This document shows, piece by piece, positions 21,344 to 30,494 of a stretch of DNA of 64,000 bases. The stretch comes from Gammaproteobacteria bacterium. Lineage in GTDB: Bacteria; Pseudomonadota; Gammaproteobacteria; Pseudomonadales; PIVM01. How positions within the stretch are numbered: the first letter of the stretch is position 1; each line of letters starts with the position of its first letter. Below the pieces are notes generated by a model. That model had not been told where the DNA came from. It was given only the letters and a program-made list of their open reading frames with translations, and searched no databases. The DNA lies in NCBI GenBank assembly GCA_003353945.1, contig PIVM01000002.1:5569-69568 (forward strand), read 5' to 3'. The position numbers and the translations under genes are program-made.

Positions 21344-22183
21344 ATGTCGGCGAATGATTTAAAATCTGGCGAACTGATCAGGCTCAGTTCGCGGGTCTCT
21401 CGCATCATTGCGCCCAATCCAAGTGCAATGACAGGGCCAGGCACTAATACCTACCTAGTGGGCGATAGGGATATCGCTGTGATTGATCCCGGCCCCGACG
21501 ATGAGTCCCATATCCAGGCGATTATCGATGCTATTCCGGTAGGGGCGCGCATTCGCTGGGTACTGGTCACCCATGCCCATTATGATCACTCGCAAGCGGC
21601 CGTCGTTCTAGCAGAACGTACGGGCGCTAAAATGCTTGGTCCAAAACCACTCCAAGATCACTTCGAAGACAGCACTTTTCAACCCCAGCATGAAGTTAAA
21701 CACGATGAGGTATTGCGCCTTGGCGAGTGTGCGATCCGCGCCATTCATACGCCGGGACATATCGGTAATCACTTCTGTTACTTGATTGAAGAAGATCAGC
21801 TGTTGCTGACGGGTGATCATATTATGAGTGGCTCCACCGTAGTGATTGTGCCTCCCAGTGGTGATATGAAAGACTATCTGGCTTCTCTGGAGTTATTAAG
21901 GAGCTATCCCTTGCGGCAGTTAGGGCCGGGGCACGGTGACGTGATGGATAATCCGCTCGACGTGGTTCAGGGTATTATCGACCATCGACTTCGGCGTGAA
22001 GAAAAAGTCCTAAAAGCCATGCAACAATTGCGGCGTGCCACATTGGATGAACTCACGCCGGTTGTTTATGATGATGTGCCGCTGGCCATGCATCCGATTG
22101 CGCAACTGTCACTGCTGGCGCATTTGATTAAATTGGAGCGCGAGTCGATATTGCGGCAGATTGAGGATAGTTGGCATTTGTAG
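21344..22183 (+). CDS. MBL-fold metallo-hydrolase
   Basis: HAHYDH (HxHxDH) motif, downstream TPGH and GDH. ATG 21344 is preferred over TTG 21338. Confidence 0.75.
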   Translation: MSANDLKSGELIRLSSRVSRIIAPNPSAMTGPGTNTYLVGDRDIAVIDPGPDDESHIQAIIDAIPVGARIRWVLVTHAHYDHSQAAVVLAERTGAKMLGPKPLQDHFEDSTFQPQHEVKHDEVLRLGECAIRAIHTPGHIGNHFCYLIEEDQLLLTGDHIMSGSTVVIVPPSGDMKDYLASLELLRSYPLRQLGPGHGDVMDNPLDVVQGIIDHRLRREEKVLKAMQQLRRATLDELTPVVYDDVPLAMHPIAQLSLLAHLIKLERESILRQIEDSWHL

Positions 22184-22413
22184 TTGATAGAACGGTGGCC
22201 TAGCCAAACAGTTCTCCAAGCAGGAAAGCGGTTTATTCGAATAGATAACAAAGAAAATCCCTCCATTTAACTGCTGCATCTCAAGCCAATGGCAAATTGG
22301 CTCTGTTTACGGTTGCACCGATTCAGCCTAGCTCCTACCATATGCCCTCATTTTTTCTCTCATAACACACTTTTTCTCTCACAGCACAATGTCAGACAGG
22401 CAGGGGAAACCAC

Positions 22414-24006
22414 ATGACAGGCATTAGCCCGGAATACAGCACATTGCCTCAGATTGTTCAGCGCGCAGCGCAGCAGTTTGGCGATAAAATAGCCATCCAG
22501 GAACAAGCGACGCAGATTAGCTATGCGCAACTCAAGGCCTTGGGTGATCAAGCGGGCAAAGCGTTTATTGCGGCTGGTGTGGTCAAAGGGGATCGAGTGG
22601 CGATCTGGGCACCGAATGTATCCGAATGGGTGATTGCCGGTGTTGGTCTGCATACGGTGGGTGCTGTGCTGGTGCCTCTGAATACCCGCATGAAGGGCAG
22701 TGAGGCGGCGGATATTATCAATCGCAGTGGCTCAAAATTGCTGTTGACCCTACCTGAATTTCAAGCTGGACCTGGGGCCGTTATCAAGTACCTGGAACTG
22801 TTGGCTGATCAGGAAATGCCCGCATTGGAGCGCACCATTTTATTACGCGGTGAAGCAGACAATACCGTAAGCTGGCAGCAGTTTACCAATTCTGGGCAGG
22901 CGGTCAGTGATGAAAAGCTGGCTGAACGTGCAGCTGCCGTGACTCCGGATGACACCATGGATATGTTGTTTACCTCCGGCACAACCGGTAAGCCAAAAGG
23001 TGTGTTGTGTAATCATGGCCAGAATATTCAGGCCTTTGATGTTTGGAGCGACACGGTTGGTTTGAACAGCGATGACAATTATCTCGTTATCAATCCTTTC
23101 TTCCATTCCTTTGGTTACAAGGCGGGTTGGTTGGCGGCCATCATAAAGGGAGCGAAGATTTTACCGGTGCTGACCTTTGATCTGGATGCTGTGTTAAAGC
23201 AGATTGAAGAGGACAAAGTGAGCATGTTGCCGGGGCCTCCCACTATTTATCAGTCGATTCTAGCGCATCCTGATCGTGCACAATATGACCTGTCCAGCCT
23301 GCGATTGGCCGTGACAGGTGCGGCCAGCGTCCCCGTTGAATTGATCAAGAAAATGCGTTCGGAGCTGGAATTTGAAACCGTTGTTACCGCTTATGGTTTG
23401 ACCGAATCCTGTGGCGTGGTGACGATTTGCCGCGCAGATGATGATCCCGAAACTATTGCCACCACGTCAGGTTGCGCCATACCGGGTGTTGAAGTGAAGT
23501 GTGTGGATGATGCCGACGGCAATGAAGTCGAACGCGGAGAGCCCGGTGAAATTTGGGTGCGTGGTTACAATGTGATGCAAGGGTATTTTGAAAACCCTGA
23601 AGCCACAGCAGAAACAATCACGGCTGATGGCTGGATGAAAACCGGCGATATCGGCGTGATGGACGAGCGAGGTTATATTCGCATCACTGATCGCATCAAA
23701 GACATGTATATCAGCGGTGGTTTCAATGTGTATCCTGCTGAAATTGAAAATGCCCTCACAGGCATGGATGGCGTGGTGCAGGTGGCCGTGATTGGTGTGG
23801 CGGATGAGCGTATGGGGGAGGTCGGCAAGGTCTATATTGTGAAATCTGCTGATGCAGACTTAACGAGCGAATCAGTAATCAGCTGGTGCAAGAGCAATAT
23901 GGCCAACTACAAAGTGCCCAGGCAAGTCGAGTTTATTGAGGCGATGCCGCTGAATGCATCGGGCAAAATTCTGAAGACGACGTTGCGGGAATGGTCTGCC
24001 ACATAA
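22414..24006 (+). CDS. fadD3: AMP-dependent acyl-CoA ligase, FadD3-like by context (HIP-CoA ligase candidate)
   Basis: 530 aa. AMP-binding motifs LFTSGTTGKPKGV and GWMKTGD...ITDRIKD. First gene of the IpdAB/IpdC cluster. Confidence 0.55.
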   Translation: MTGISPEYSTLPQIVQRAAQQFGDKIAIQEQATQISYAQLKALGDQAGKAFIAAGVVKGDRVAIWAPNVSEWVIAGVGLHTVGAVLVPLNTRMKGSEAADIINRSGSKLLLTLPEFQAGPGAVIKYLELLADQEMPALERTILLRGEADNTVSWQQFTNSGQAVSDEKLAERAAAVTPDDTMDMLFTSGTTGKPKGVLCNHGQNIQAFDVWSDTVGLNSDDNYLVINPFFHSFGYKAGWLAAIIKGAKILPVLTFDLDAVLKQIEEDKVSMLPGPPTIYQSILAHPDRAQYDLSSLRLAVTGAASVPVELIKKMRSELEFETVVTAYGLTESCGVVTICRADDDPETIATTSGCAIPGVEVKCVDDADGNEVERGEPGEIWVRGYNVMQGYFENPEATAETITADGWMKTGDIGVMDERGYIRITDRIKDMYISGGFNVYPAEIENALTGMDGVVQVAVIGVADERMGEVGKVYIVKSADADLTSESVISWCKSNMANYKVPRQVEFIEAMPLNASGKILKTTLREWSAT

Positions 24007-24259
24007 GTGGCCACTTTCGCAACAACAAAAAAATTCTACTGGGAAAACAATTAGTTGTGTATTGATTTATCGCAGGTGCAGGCCGCTTAACGGGTGGTGT
24101 GCAGCAGTGAATTCGCGTTTTTACATTACTCAATATGATTGAATTGGGGTAAAATGCGCAACCTTTATTTTTGATCGCTGCCGTTAACAGTTCACTGGGG
24201 AAACAGTCTGTTATGTCTTATCGGCGCTTGATCTTCGACCAACTCAATGAGGACACTCC

Positions 24260-25135
24260 ATGAATAAGCAAATGACCGCTGCGGATGTCGTAGGCCAGTT
24301 GCGTGACGGCATGACTGTCGGTATCGGAGGCTGGGGCCCACGCCGCAAGCCAATGGCGCTGATTCGAGAAATTCTACGCTCTGATGTAAAAGACCTTACC
24401 GTGGTTGCCTACGGTGGGGCTGATGTAGGCATGCTTTGCGCTGCCGGCAAGGTGAAAAAGGTTGTTTTTGCATTCGTATCTCTGGATTTTATTCCCTTGG
24501 AGCCGTATTTCCGCAAAGCACGTCAGAACAGTGATATCGAAATCATGGAAATCGATGAAGGTATGATGCTGCTCGGCTTGCGCGCTGCTGCCTGGGGCAT
24601 TCCTTTTATTCCCACTCAGTTGGGTCTGGGTACCGATGTCATCAAGGTGAACAAAGATCTTAAAGTGATCGACAGTCCTTACGATGATAAAGAGTGGGTG
24701 GCAATGCCGGCCTTAAGGCTGGATGCATCACTGCTTCATGTTGATCGTGCCGATGAGCGCGGTGTGTGTCAGGTCAAAGGGCCTGATTTGTATATGGATG
24801 ACTGGTTCGCCCGCGCTGCGGACAAAACCTTTGTCACCTGTGATGAGCTGGTCGACACTGACTATTTTGCCGAAGGTGATGAAGCGCGTTACGTTTTCTG
24901 GGAGCGTGCAGCCACCACCGGTGTGGTGCATATCCCTGGTGGCGCTCATCCGAGTTCCTGCTCACCGTTATACGGTTTTGATGTGCCTCATTTCAAAGAG
25001 TACAACGCGTCCGCCAAAGAGGGCGGCTTCCAGGCCTACTTTGAAAAATACATCGCTGATACGAGTGAAGAACAGTATCAGGAAAAAGTAGGCGGCCTTG
25101 ATGCCATCAAACAATTGCCACAACCGGTTTATTAA
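24260..25135 (+). CDS. ipdA: CoA-transferase-fold subunit A (IpdA/ScdL1-like)
   Basis: 291 aa. GGWGPRRKP motif of the glutaconate-CoA-transferase-A fold. Size and pairing with a B subunit, followed by an NMO-family gene, match ipdABC. Confidence 0.7.
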   Translation: MNKQMTAADVVGQLRDGMTVGIGGWGPRRKPMALIREILRSDVKDLTVVAYGGADVGMLCAAGKVKKVVFAFVSLDFIPLEPYFRKARQNSDIEIMEIDEGMMLLGLRAAAWGIPFIPTQLGLGTDVIKVNKDLKVIDSPYDDKEWVAMPALRLDASLLHVDRADERGVCQVKGPDLYMDDWFARAADKTFVTCDELVDTDYFAEGDEARYVFWERAATTGVVHIPGGAHPSSCSPLYGFDVPHFKEYNASAKEGGFQAYFEKYIADTSEEQYQEKVGGLDAIKQLPQPVY

Positions 25136-25159
25136 TCGGCTGCACTGGAGGAAGTGAAC

Positions 25160-25948
25160 ATGAACTACACATTAGCTGAATTATTAATTTGCGCTAGCTC
25201 TGATGCGTTTCGCAATGATGGTGAAGTGCTGGCGACAGGTATTGGCCTGATCCCGCGTTTGGCCGCATCGCTGGCGATGAAAACCAGCAACACCGATTTG
25301 ATGATGACCGATTCAGAAGCCTGGTTATTAAGTGAACCCAATCCGGTCAGTGGTCGAAAGCCAGGACAGACACAAAAAGCGGAAACCTGGATGGGATTCA
25401 GCCGTATCTTTGATAATGTCTGGAGCGGTAAGCGTCATGCGATGGTCGGTCCCACCCAGATCGATCAATACGGACAGGCCAATATATCCTGCATCGGTGG
25501 CACTTATGATCAACCTAAAGTGCAGATGCTGGGTGTGCGCGGATTCCCAGGTAATTCCATCAGCCATGCCAATTCATTCTTTGTTCCCTCGCATAACAGC
25601 CGCGTTTTTGTGAAAGGCGAGTGTGATATGGTGGCATCGATCGGTTACAACCCCGAGCGATTGCCCAAAGGTTATAGTCTTGATGATATCGATATTCGCC
25701 GGGTGATTACCGATTTGTGTGTGATGGATTTTAATGGTCCTAATCATCAGCTCCAGTTGGTCTCATTGCATCCGGGTATTACTGCTGAACAAGTGGTAGA
25801 GAGCACCGGTTTTGATATTTCTGTGCCCGATACCGTGCCGACGACGGTAGCGCCGACACAGGCGCAGTTGGATATTATTGCAGAGCTGGATCCTTTGAAT
25901 TTCAGGAGCAAGCAACTAAAAGATAATCCCCCCGGCGACCGTTCCTAG
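25160..25948 (+). CDS. ipdB: CoA-transferase-fold subunit B (IpdB/ScdL2-like)
   Basis: 262 aa. ATG lies 8 nt after GGAGG (a GTG alternative is at 25154). Family B-subunit fold, adjacent to the A subunit. Confidence 0.7.
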   Translation: MNYTLAELLICASSDAFRNDGEVLATGIGLIPRLAASLAMKTSNTDLMMTDSEAWLLSEPNPVSGRKPGQTQKAETWMGFSRIFDNVWSGKRHAMVGPTQIDQYGQANISCIGGTYDQPKVQMLGVRGFPGNSISHANSFFVPSHNSRVFVKGECDMVASIGYNPERLPKGYSLDDIDIRRVITDLCVMDFNGPNHQLQLVSLHPGITAEQVVESTGFDISVPDTVPTTVAPTQAQLDIIAELDPLNFRSKQLKDNPPGDRS

Positions 25949-25980
25949 GGTCGCTGGCGCGCGCTGGCGGCGTTAACAAA

Positions 25981-26030
25981 CATTTTTTGTTCGGTCATTT
26001 ACTGCCATGTAAACTCCCTTACAAAAAATG
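25981..26030. repeat. hairpin element type A, copy 1 (10-bp perfect stem, 30-nt loop with conserved core)
   Basis: CATTTTTTGT [TCGGTCATTTACTgccaTGTAAACTCCctt] ACAAAAAATG. The flanks pair further, imperfectly, over about 25949-26075. Confidence 0.7.
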
Positions 26031-26175
26031 CTTTTTGCCTTGCCAGCCCACACCAGATCTCCCTAGGAATAAACTCTCTCTGGGAGCATCCAGATTGCGG
26101 GCACTTGTGACCTTTAGTTTACAAAAGGATTAGGGTGAGGGAAATGCACCAGATGGCAAACACAAAGAGGCAAAC

Positions 26176-27240
26176 ATGTCAGACGTTTTAAAGACCCGAG
26201 TAACCGAAATGTTGGGATGTCAATATCCCATTATTCAAACAGCCATGGGTTGGGTTTCTGACCCTAATTTAGTCGCCGGAAGTTGTAATGCAGGTGCCTT
26301 CGGTTTTCTTGCTGGCGCCACTATTCCGCCTGACGAAATGGAACGGGACATATTGCGCACCAAGGAGTTGACGGACAAACCCTTTGGCGTGAATTTTCAT
26401 ATGTACCAGCCCAATGCTGCTGAGATTATCGATCTGGTTATCAAGCACCAGATAAAAGCGGTTTCCTACAGCCGTTCGCCTGGCAAAGACATGGTGAAAA
26501 AACTCAAGGACAGTGGCGTTATCTGTGTGCCGACCATTGGTTTGCCCAAGCATGCCAAAAAGGCGATTGAGATGGGTGCTGATGCCGTCACCATTCAAGG
26601 TGGTGAAGGTGGTGGTCATACCGGTGCAGTCCCAACCTCATTGTTGTTGCCCCAGGTTGTCGATGTGGTCGGGGGTAAAATTCCTGTGCTGGGTGCTGGC
26701 GGTTTTAAAGATGGCCGAGGTCTGGTAGCGGCAATGGCTTTCGGTTGTGAAGGGATTGCGATGGGCACGCGTTTTTTACTCACCAAAGAAACGCCGGTGC
26801 CAGATGCCACCAAGCAGCGGTATCTGGACTGCCATAATCCTTCGGAGATAATTGTCTCAAGTGCTCTGGACGGTTTGCCCCAGCGTATGATTATTAATAA
26901 GACGCTAAGTCAGCTGGAAAAAGCCAATCCACTGAAAATGCTGATCATTGCCGCAAAGAACGGCTTGAAATTCCGTAAACATACCGGCGCCAGTTTAATC
27001 GGTTTGTTGAAAACGGCTCTTGATATGAAAAACAGCGGCGATGTGACCTTATCCCAGGCCATTATGACAGCCAACGTACCGATGATTATTCAAAAGGCGA
27101 TGGTGGAAGGTAAGCCTGACGAAGGTGTTCTGCCCTCCGGTCAGGTGGCAGGCATGATTGATGAGCTGCTCAGCTGTGAAGATCTAATCCAAAGCATTGT
27201 TAAAGAAGCAGAAACGATTATTGATCGTTTTCAAAGATAA
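26176..27240 (+). CDS. ipdC: nitronate-monooxygenase-family FMN enoyl reductase (IpdC-like)
   Basis: 354 aa. NMO family blocks (IIQTAMGWVS, GADAVTIQGGEGGGHTG, GAGGFKDGRG). Position is immediately after ipdAB. Confidence 0.7.
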   Translation: MSDVLKTRVTEMLGCQYPIIQTAMGWVSDPNLVAGSCNAGAFGFLAGATIPPDEMERDILRTKELTDKPFGVNFHMYQPNAAEIIDLVIKHQIKAVSYSRSPGKDMVKKLKDSGVICVPTIGLPKHAKKAIEMGADAVTIQGGEGGGHTGAVPTSLLLPQVVDVVGGKIPVLGAGGFKDGRGLVAAMAFGCEGIAMGTRFLLTKETPVPDATKQRYLDCHNPSEIIVSSALDGLPQRMIINKTLSQLEKANPLKMLIIAAKNGLKFRKHTGASLIGLLKTALDMKNSGDVTLSQAIMTANVPMIIQKAMVEGKPDEGVLPSGQVAGMIDELLSCEDLIQSIVKEAETIIDRFQR

Positions 27241-27266
27241 CAATTTGCAAACAAGAGACAAATCCT

Positions 27267-28034
27267 ATGTCGAAACCCTTTGTTACTTCAATTAATAACG
27301 GTATCGCAGAAGTTATTTTTAATCATAAACCGGTAAACGCGTTTGATAGCGCCGGCTGGCTGGCCATTGCAGATGAGATTTATGCGCTGGGTGACAATCC
27401 ACAAGTTAGAGTCATCATTATTGCCGCTGATCAGGATATCAAAGGGTTTTGTGCCGGTGTTGATATCAAGGAGCTGGCAGCTGACAGTGGGGTGATTACC
27501 AAAGTCAACAAAGGCAACTACGAAACCTTTAAAGCAGTTCATCGTAATCCCAAGCCCGTGATTGTCGCTCTGCACGGTTTTGTATTGGGTGGCGGTATTG
27601 GTATCAGTGGTGCGGCGGATATTATTGTTGCAGCGGATGACGCACGTTTTGGTGTGCCGGAAGTGGATCGTGGCGCCATGGGTGGTGGTGCGCACTTACA
27701 ACGTATGTTCCCGGTGCAAAAAGTGCGGTATATGTATTTTACCGGTGAGTTTATCGATGCACAGGAAGCTTATCGACTGGGTGCCGTTGAGCGCGTAGTG
27801 CCTCGTGATCAATTGATGGATGCTGCCCGAGAGATTGCTGGCAAAATTGCAGAGAAATCACCACGTATGATCGAGTTGGCGAAAGAAGCGTTGACTGGCA
27901 TTGAAGACGGTAATCTGGAAGATAAATATCGCTGGGAGCAGGGCTTTACGCAAGAGGCCTATGCCACCAAAGATTCCCAGGAAGCGCGTGATGCATTTGT
28001 TGAAAATCGTGATGCGAAGTTTGATAAGAAATAA
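27267..28034 (+). CDS. echA20: enoyl-CoA hydratase/isomerase (crotonase) family, EchA20-like by context
   Basis: 255 aa. FCAGVDIKE oxyanion-hole block, and the GGG block GFVLGGGIGISGAADI. Confidence 0.6.
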   Translation: MSKPFVTSINNGIAEVIFNHKPVNAFDSAGWLAIADEIYALGDNPQVRVIIIAADQDIKGFCAGVDIKELAADSGVITKVNKGNYETFKAVHRNPKPVIVALHGFVLGGGIGISGAADIIVAADDARFGVPEVDRGAMGGGAHLQRMFPVQKVRYMYFTGEFIDAQEAYRLGAVERVVPRDQLMDAAREIAGKIAEKSPRMIELAKEALTGIEDGNLEDKYRWEQGFTQEAYATKDSQEARDAFVENRDAKFDKK

Positions 28035-28109
28035 GGCTCCCTCTGGGAGAAGAAACTAAATACCTTTTGCGATACTCTCGAAAGAGAGAGAAAAACGAGG
28101 TAACAAAGT

Positions 28110-29282
28110 ATGGATTTAGCCTATACCGAAGAACACAAAGCCTTTCGCGAAGAAATTCGCAGCTGGCTGGCTGACAATGTTCCGAGCGAGCCGTTAAAAA
28201 CCTTTGATACCGAAGAGGGTTTTCAACAGCATCGTGAATGGGAAGCCAAAATGTACGAAGGCCGCTGGGGCATGATTACCTGGCCCGAAGCCATGGGGGG
28301 GCGTGGAGCGGATTTAATTCAGTGGTTGATTTTTGAAGAAGAATATTACGGCGCCAGAGCGCCTTTGCGTGTTAACCAGAACGGCATTTTTCTGCTTGGG
28401 CCCACACTGATGGAGTACGGTACAGAAGAGCAAAGGCAGCGCTTTCTTACCGGAATGGCAACAGGTAAAGATGTTTGGTGTCAGGCGTGGTCAGAGCCCA
28501 ATGCCGGTTCTGATATGGCGGCTATTCGGGCGAAAGCAGAACTCACCAGCGACGGCAAACACTATGTCCTCAACGGACAAAAAACCTGGTCTACTCGGGC
28601 TGTCTGGGCGGACTGGTGTTTTGGCATGTTTCGCACGGATCCGGAATCAAAACGCCATCATGGTTTAACCTTTGTCTTGGCGCCCATGGATCTTGAAGGC
28701 ATTACTGTGCGGCCCATTCCGCAACTGGACGGTTTGCCGGGTTTTGCTGAAATCTTTTTTGATAATGTTAAAGTGCCGGTGGATTGCCGCCTGGGTGGAG
28801 AAGGCGAAGGCTGGAAAGTGGCAATGGCAACGGCCGGGTTTGAGCGTGGTTTAATGTTGCGCTCCCCCGCACGTTTTCAGGAAACGGCGCGCCGTCTTGT
28901 TGAATTGTACAAAGAAAATCAGCAAAGTGCGGATCGTGATCCTTCCGTTCGTGATGCCGTATTGCGCGCTTATCTGGATGCCGAAGCCTATACCTTGACG
29001 ACGTATCAAACCGCTTGCCGTTTGATCAAGGGCGGTAAAATTGGCGCTGAAGCATCAACCAATAAAATTTTCTGGTCTGAGTTAGATCAGCAAATGCACG
29101 CGACAGCGATGAGCATTTTGGGCGCTCGTGCTGAACTCTGGCCTCATGCGCCAGATGCACAAGGTGTCGGTACCTGGCTGGACGGATTTTTATTTTCCCA
29201 ATCCGGTCCCATCTATGCAGGTACCAACGAAATTCAACGCAATATCATTGCCGAGCGTATGCTGGGCATGCCGCGTAAATAA
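28110..29282 (+). CDS. acyl-CoA dehydrogenase, large subunit of a probable heteromeric pair
   Basis: 390 aa. WCQAWSEPNAGSD and IYAGTNEIQRNIIAERMLGMPRK. Paralogue of 40707..41903. The next ACAD gene starts 10 nt downstream. Confidence 0.8.
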   Translation: MDLAYTEEHKAFREEIRSWLADNVPSEPLKTFDTEEGFQQHREWEAKMYEGRWGMITWPEAMGGRGADLIQWLIFEEEYYGARAPLRVNQNGIFLLGPTLMEYGTEEQRQRFLTGMATGKDVWCQAWSEPNAGSDMAAIRAKAELTSDGKHYVLNGQKTWSTRAVWADWCFGMFRTDPESKRHHGLTFVLAPMDLEGITVRPIPQLDGLPGFAEIFFDNVKVPVDCRLGGEGEGWKVAMATAGFERGLMLRSPARFQETARRLVELYKENQQSADRDPSVRDAVLRAYLDAEAYTLTTYQTACRLIKGGKIGAEASTNKIFWSELDQQMHATAMSILGARAELWPHAPDAQGVGTWLDGFLFSQSGPIYAGTNEIQRNIIAERMLGMPRK

Positions 29283-29292
29283 GGAGGCTGCT

Positions 29293-30348
29293 GTGGATTT
29301 TACTTTTACTGAAGACCAGTTGTTGTTTCAGGAATCCGTCAGTGACTTTCTGAAAAATGAAGTGACGCCTGAAAAAATTCGCGAACTCTGGGAAACCGAC
29401 ACTGGCCGCAGCGATGAGCTGTGGGCGCAGTTGGTAGAGTTGGGTTTGGCCGGTATGACCGTGCCAGAAGAGTTTGGCGGCCTGGGAATGAACGAGCTTG
29501 ATTTTGTATTGCTGGCCCAGGAAGCAGGGCATGCGGCCTTACCGGAACCTTTGGTGCATATTGCATTGGTAGCAGTGCCCACTCTGACAGCGTTAAATAA
29601 CGAAGCCTTGTCAAATGAGTGGCTGCCAAAGATTGCAGAAGGTTCAGCCAAAGTTGTGGTTGGACTGGAGCAAAACGTGTTTGTTGAAGATGCGCATATT
29701 GCCGATCTTTTGTTGTTGCAAAACGGTGATGAAATTCACGCGCTTGGCAAGGACCAGGTGGAATTGATTTACAATGAGTCGGTCGATCCATCAAGGAAAT
29801 TATACAAAGTTAACTGGACGCCCAGTGCTGATACCTGTGTTGCTAGCGGTGCGGAAGGTAAAGCGATCATCGATGCGGCTTTAAACCGCGGAGCCTTGGC
29901 TGTGGCAGCACAAGCGCTGGGTTTAGCTCAACGAATGATTGAAATTTCCGTACAGTACACCAGTGAGCGACAGCAGTTTGGTGTGGCTATTGGTACGTTC
30001 CAGGCGGTTAAGCACCATATGGCCAATATTGCCTATAAGCTGGAATACGCCAAGACACCGGTCGCGCGAGCAGCCTATGCCCTGGTTAACAATTTATCCA
30101 CGGTAGATCTCAATGTCAGTCATGCCAAGTTTGCTGCCTGTGAAGTTTCCGATCTGGCAGCTAAGAACTGTGTTCAGGTACATGGCGCGATGGGTTATAC
30201 CTGGGAAGTGGATTTGCAGATTTTTATGAAAAAAGCCTGGGCCTTTAATAACACCTGGGGTGATGCGGCCTTTCATAAAAATCGCGTAGCCGATTTTGTG
30301 TTGGCCGATAACGCTCTGCTGGGAGCGGGAAATACATTTTTATCCTGA
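29293..30348 (+). CDS. acyl-CoA dehydrogenase family protein, small subunit of a probable heteromeric pair
   Basis: GTG start 5 nt after AAGGAGG. The N-terminus VDFTFTEDQLLFQESV aligns with MDFAFTDEQKMIQDTA of the paralogue at 39498. The longer ORF from 29128 would overlap the upstream gene by 155 nt. Confidence 0.75.
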   Translation: MDFTFTEDQLLFQESVSDFLKNEVTPEKIRELWETDTGRSDELWAQLVELGLAGMTVPEEFGGLGMNELDFVLLAQEAGHAALPEPLVHIALVAVPTLTALNNEALSNEWLPKIAEGSAKVVVGLEQNVFVEDAHIADLLLLQNGDEIHALGKDQVELIYNESVDPSRKLYKVNWTPSADTCVASGAEGKAIIDAALNRGALAVAAQALGLAQRMIEISVQYTSERQQFGVAIGTFQAVKHHMANIAYKLEYAKTPVARAAYALVNNLSTVDLNVSHAKFAACEVSDLAAKNCVQVHGAMGYTWEVDLQIFMKKAWAFNNTWGDAAFHKNRVADFVLADNALLGAGNTFLS

Positions 30349-30494
30349 TTGAAAAGAGTTTCAGAACAAATTTCCTCTCCCTCTGGTAGTACCCGAAGGG
30401 CGGGCAAAAAAAGGTTAGGGTGAAGTAAGATATTCCTACCCCAGCCTTCCCCCCCCAGAGAGAAAGGGAGCAAAAAGCAAAAAGGAGAAATAAC

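Noticed and set aside
24213-24263. 16-codon uORF (MSYRRLIFDQLNEDTP) overlapping the ipdA start in an ATGA arrangement
   Set aside because: The Shine-Dalgarno sequence is weak and poorly spaced, and there are no features of a regulatory leader peptide. This is possibly coincidental. It cannot be supported without conservation or Ribo-seq data.
29128-29292. Upstream extension of the small ACAD subunit ORF (406-aa version)
   Set aside because: It would overlap the preceding ACAD gene by 155 nt in another frame. The GTG at 29293 has an AAGGAGG RBS, and the paralogue alignment starts there.
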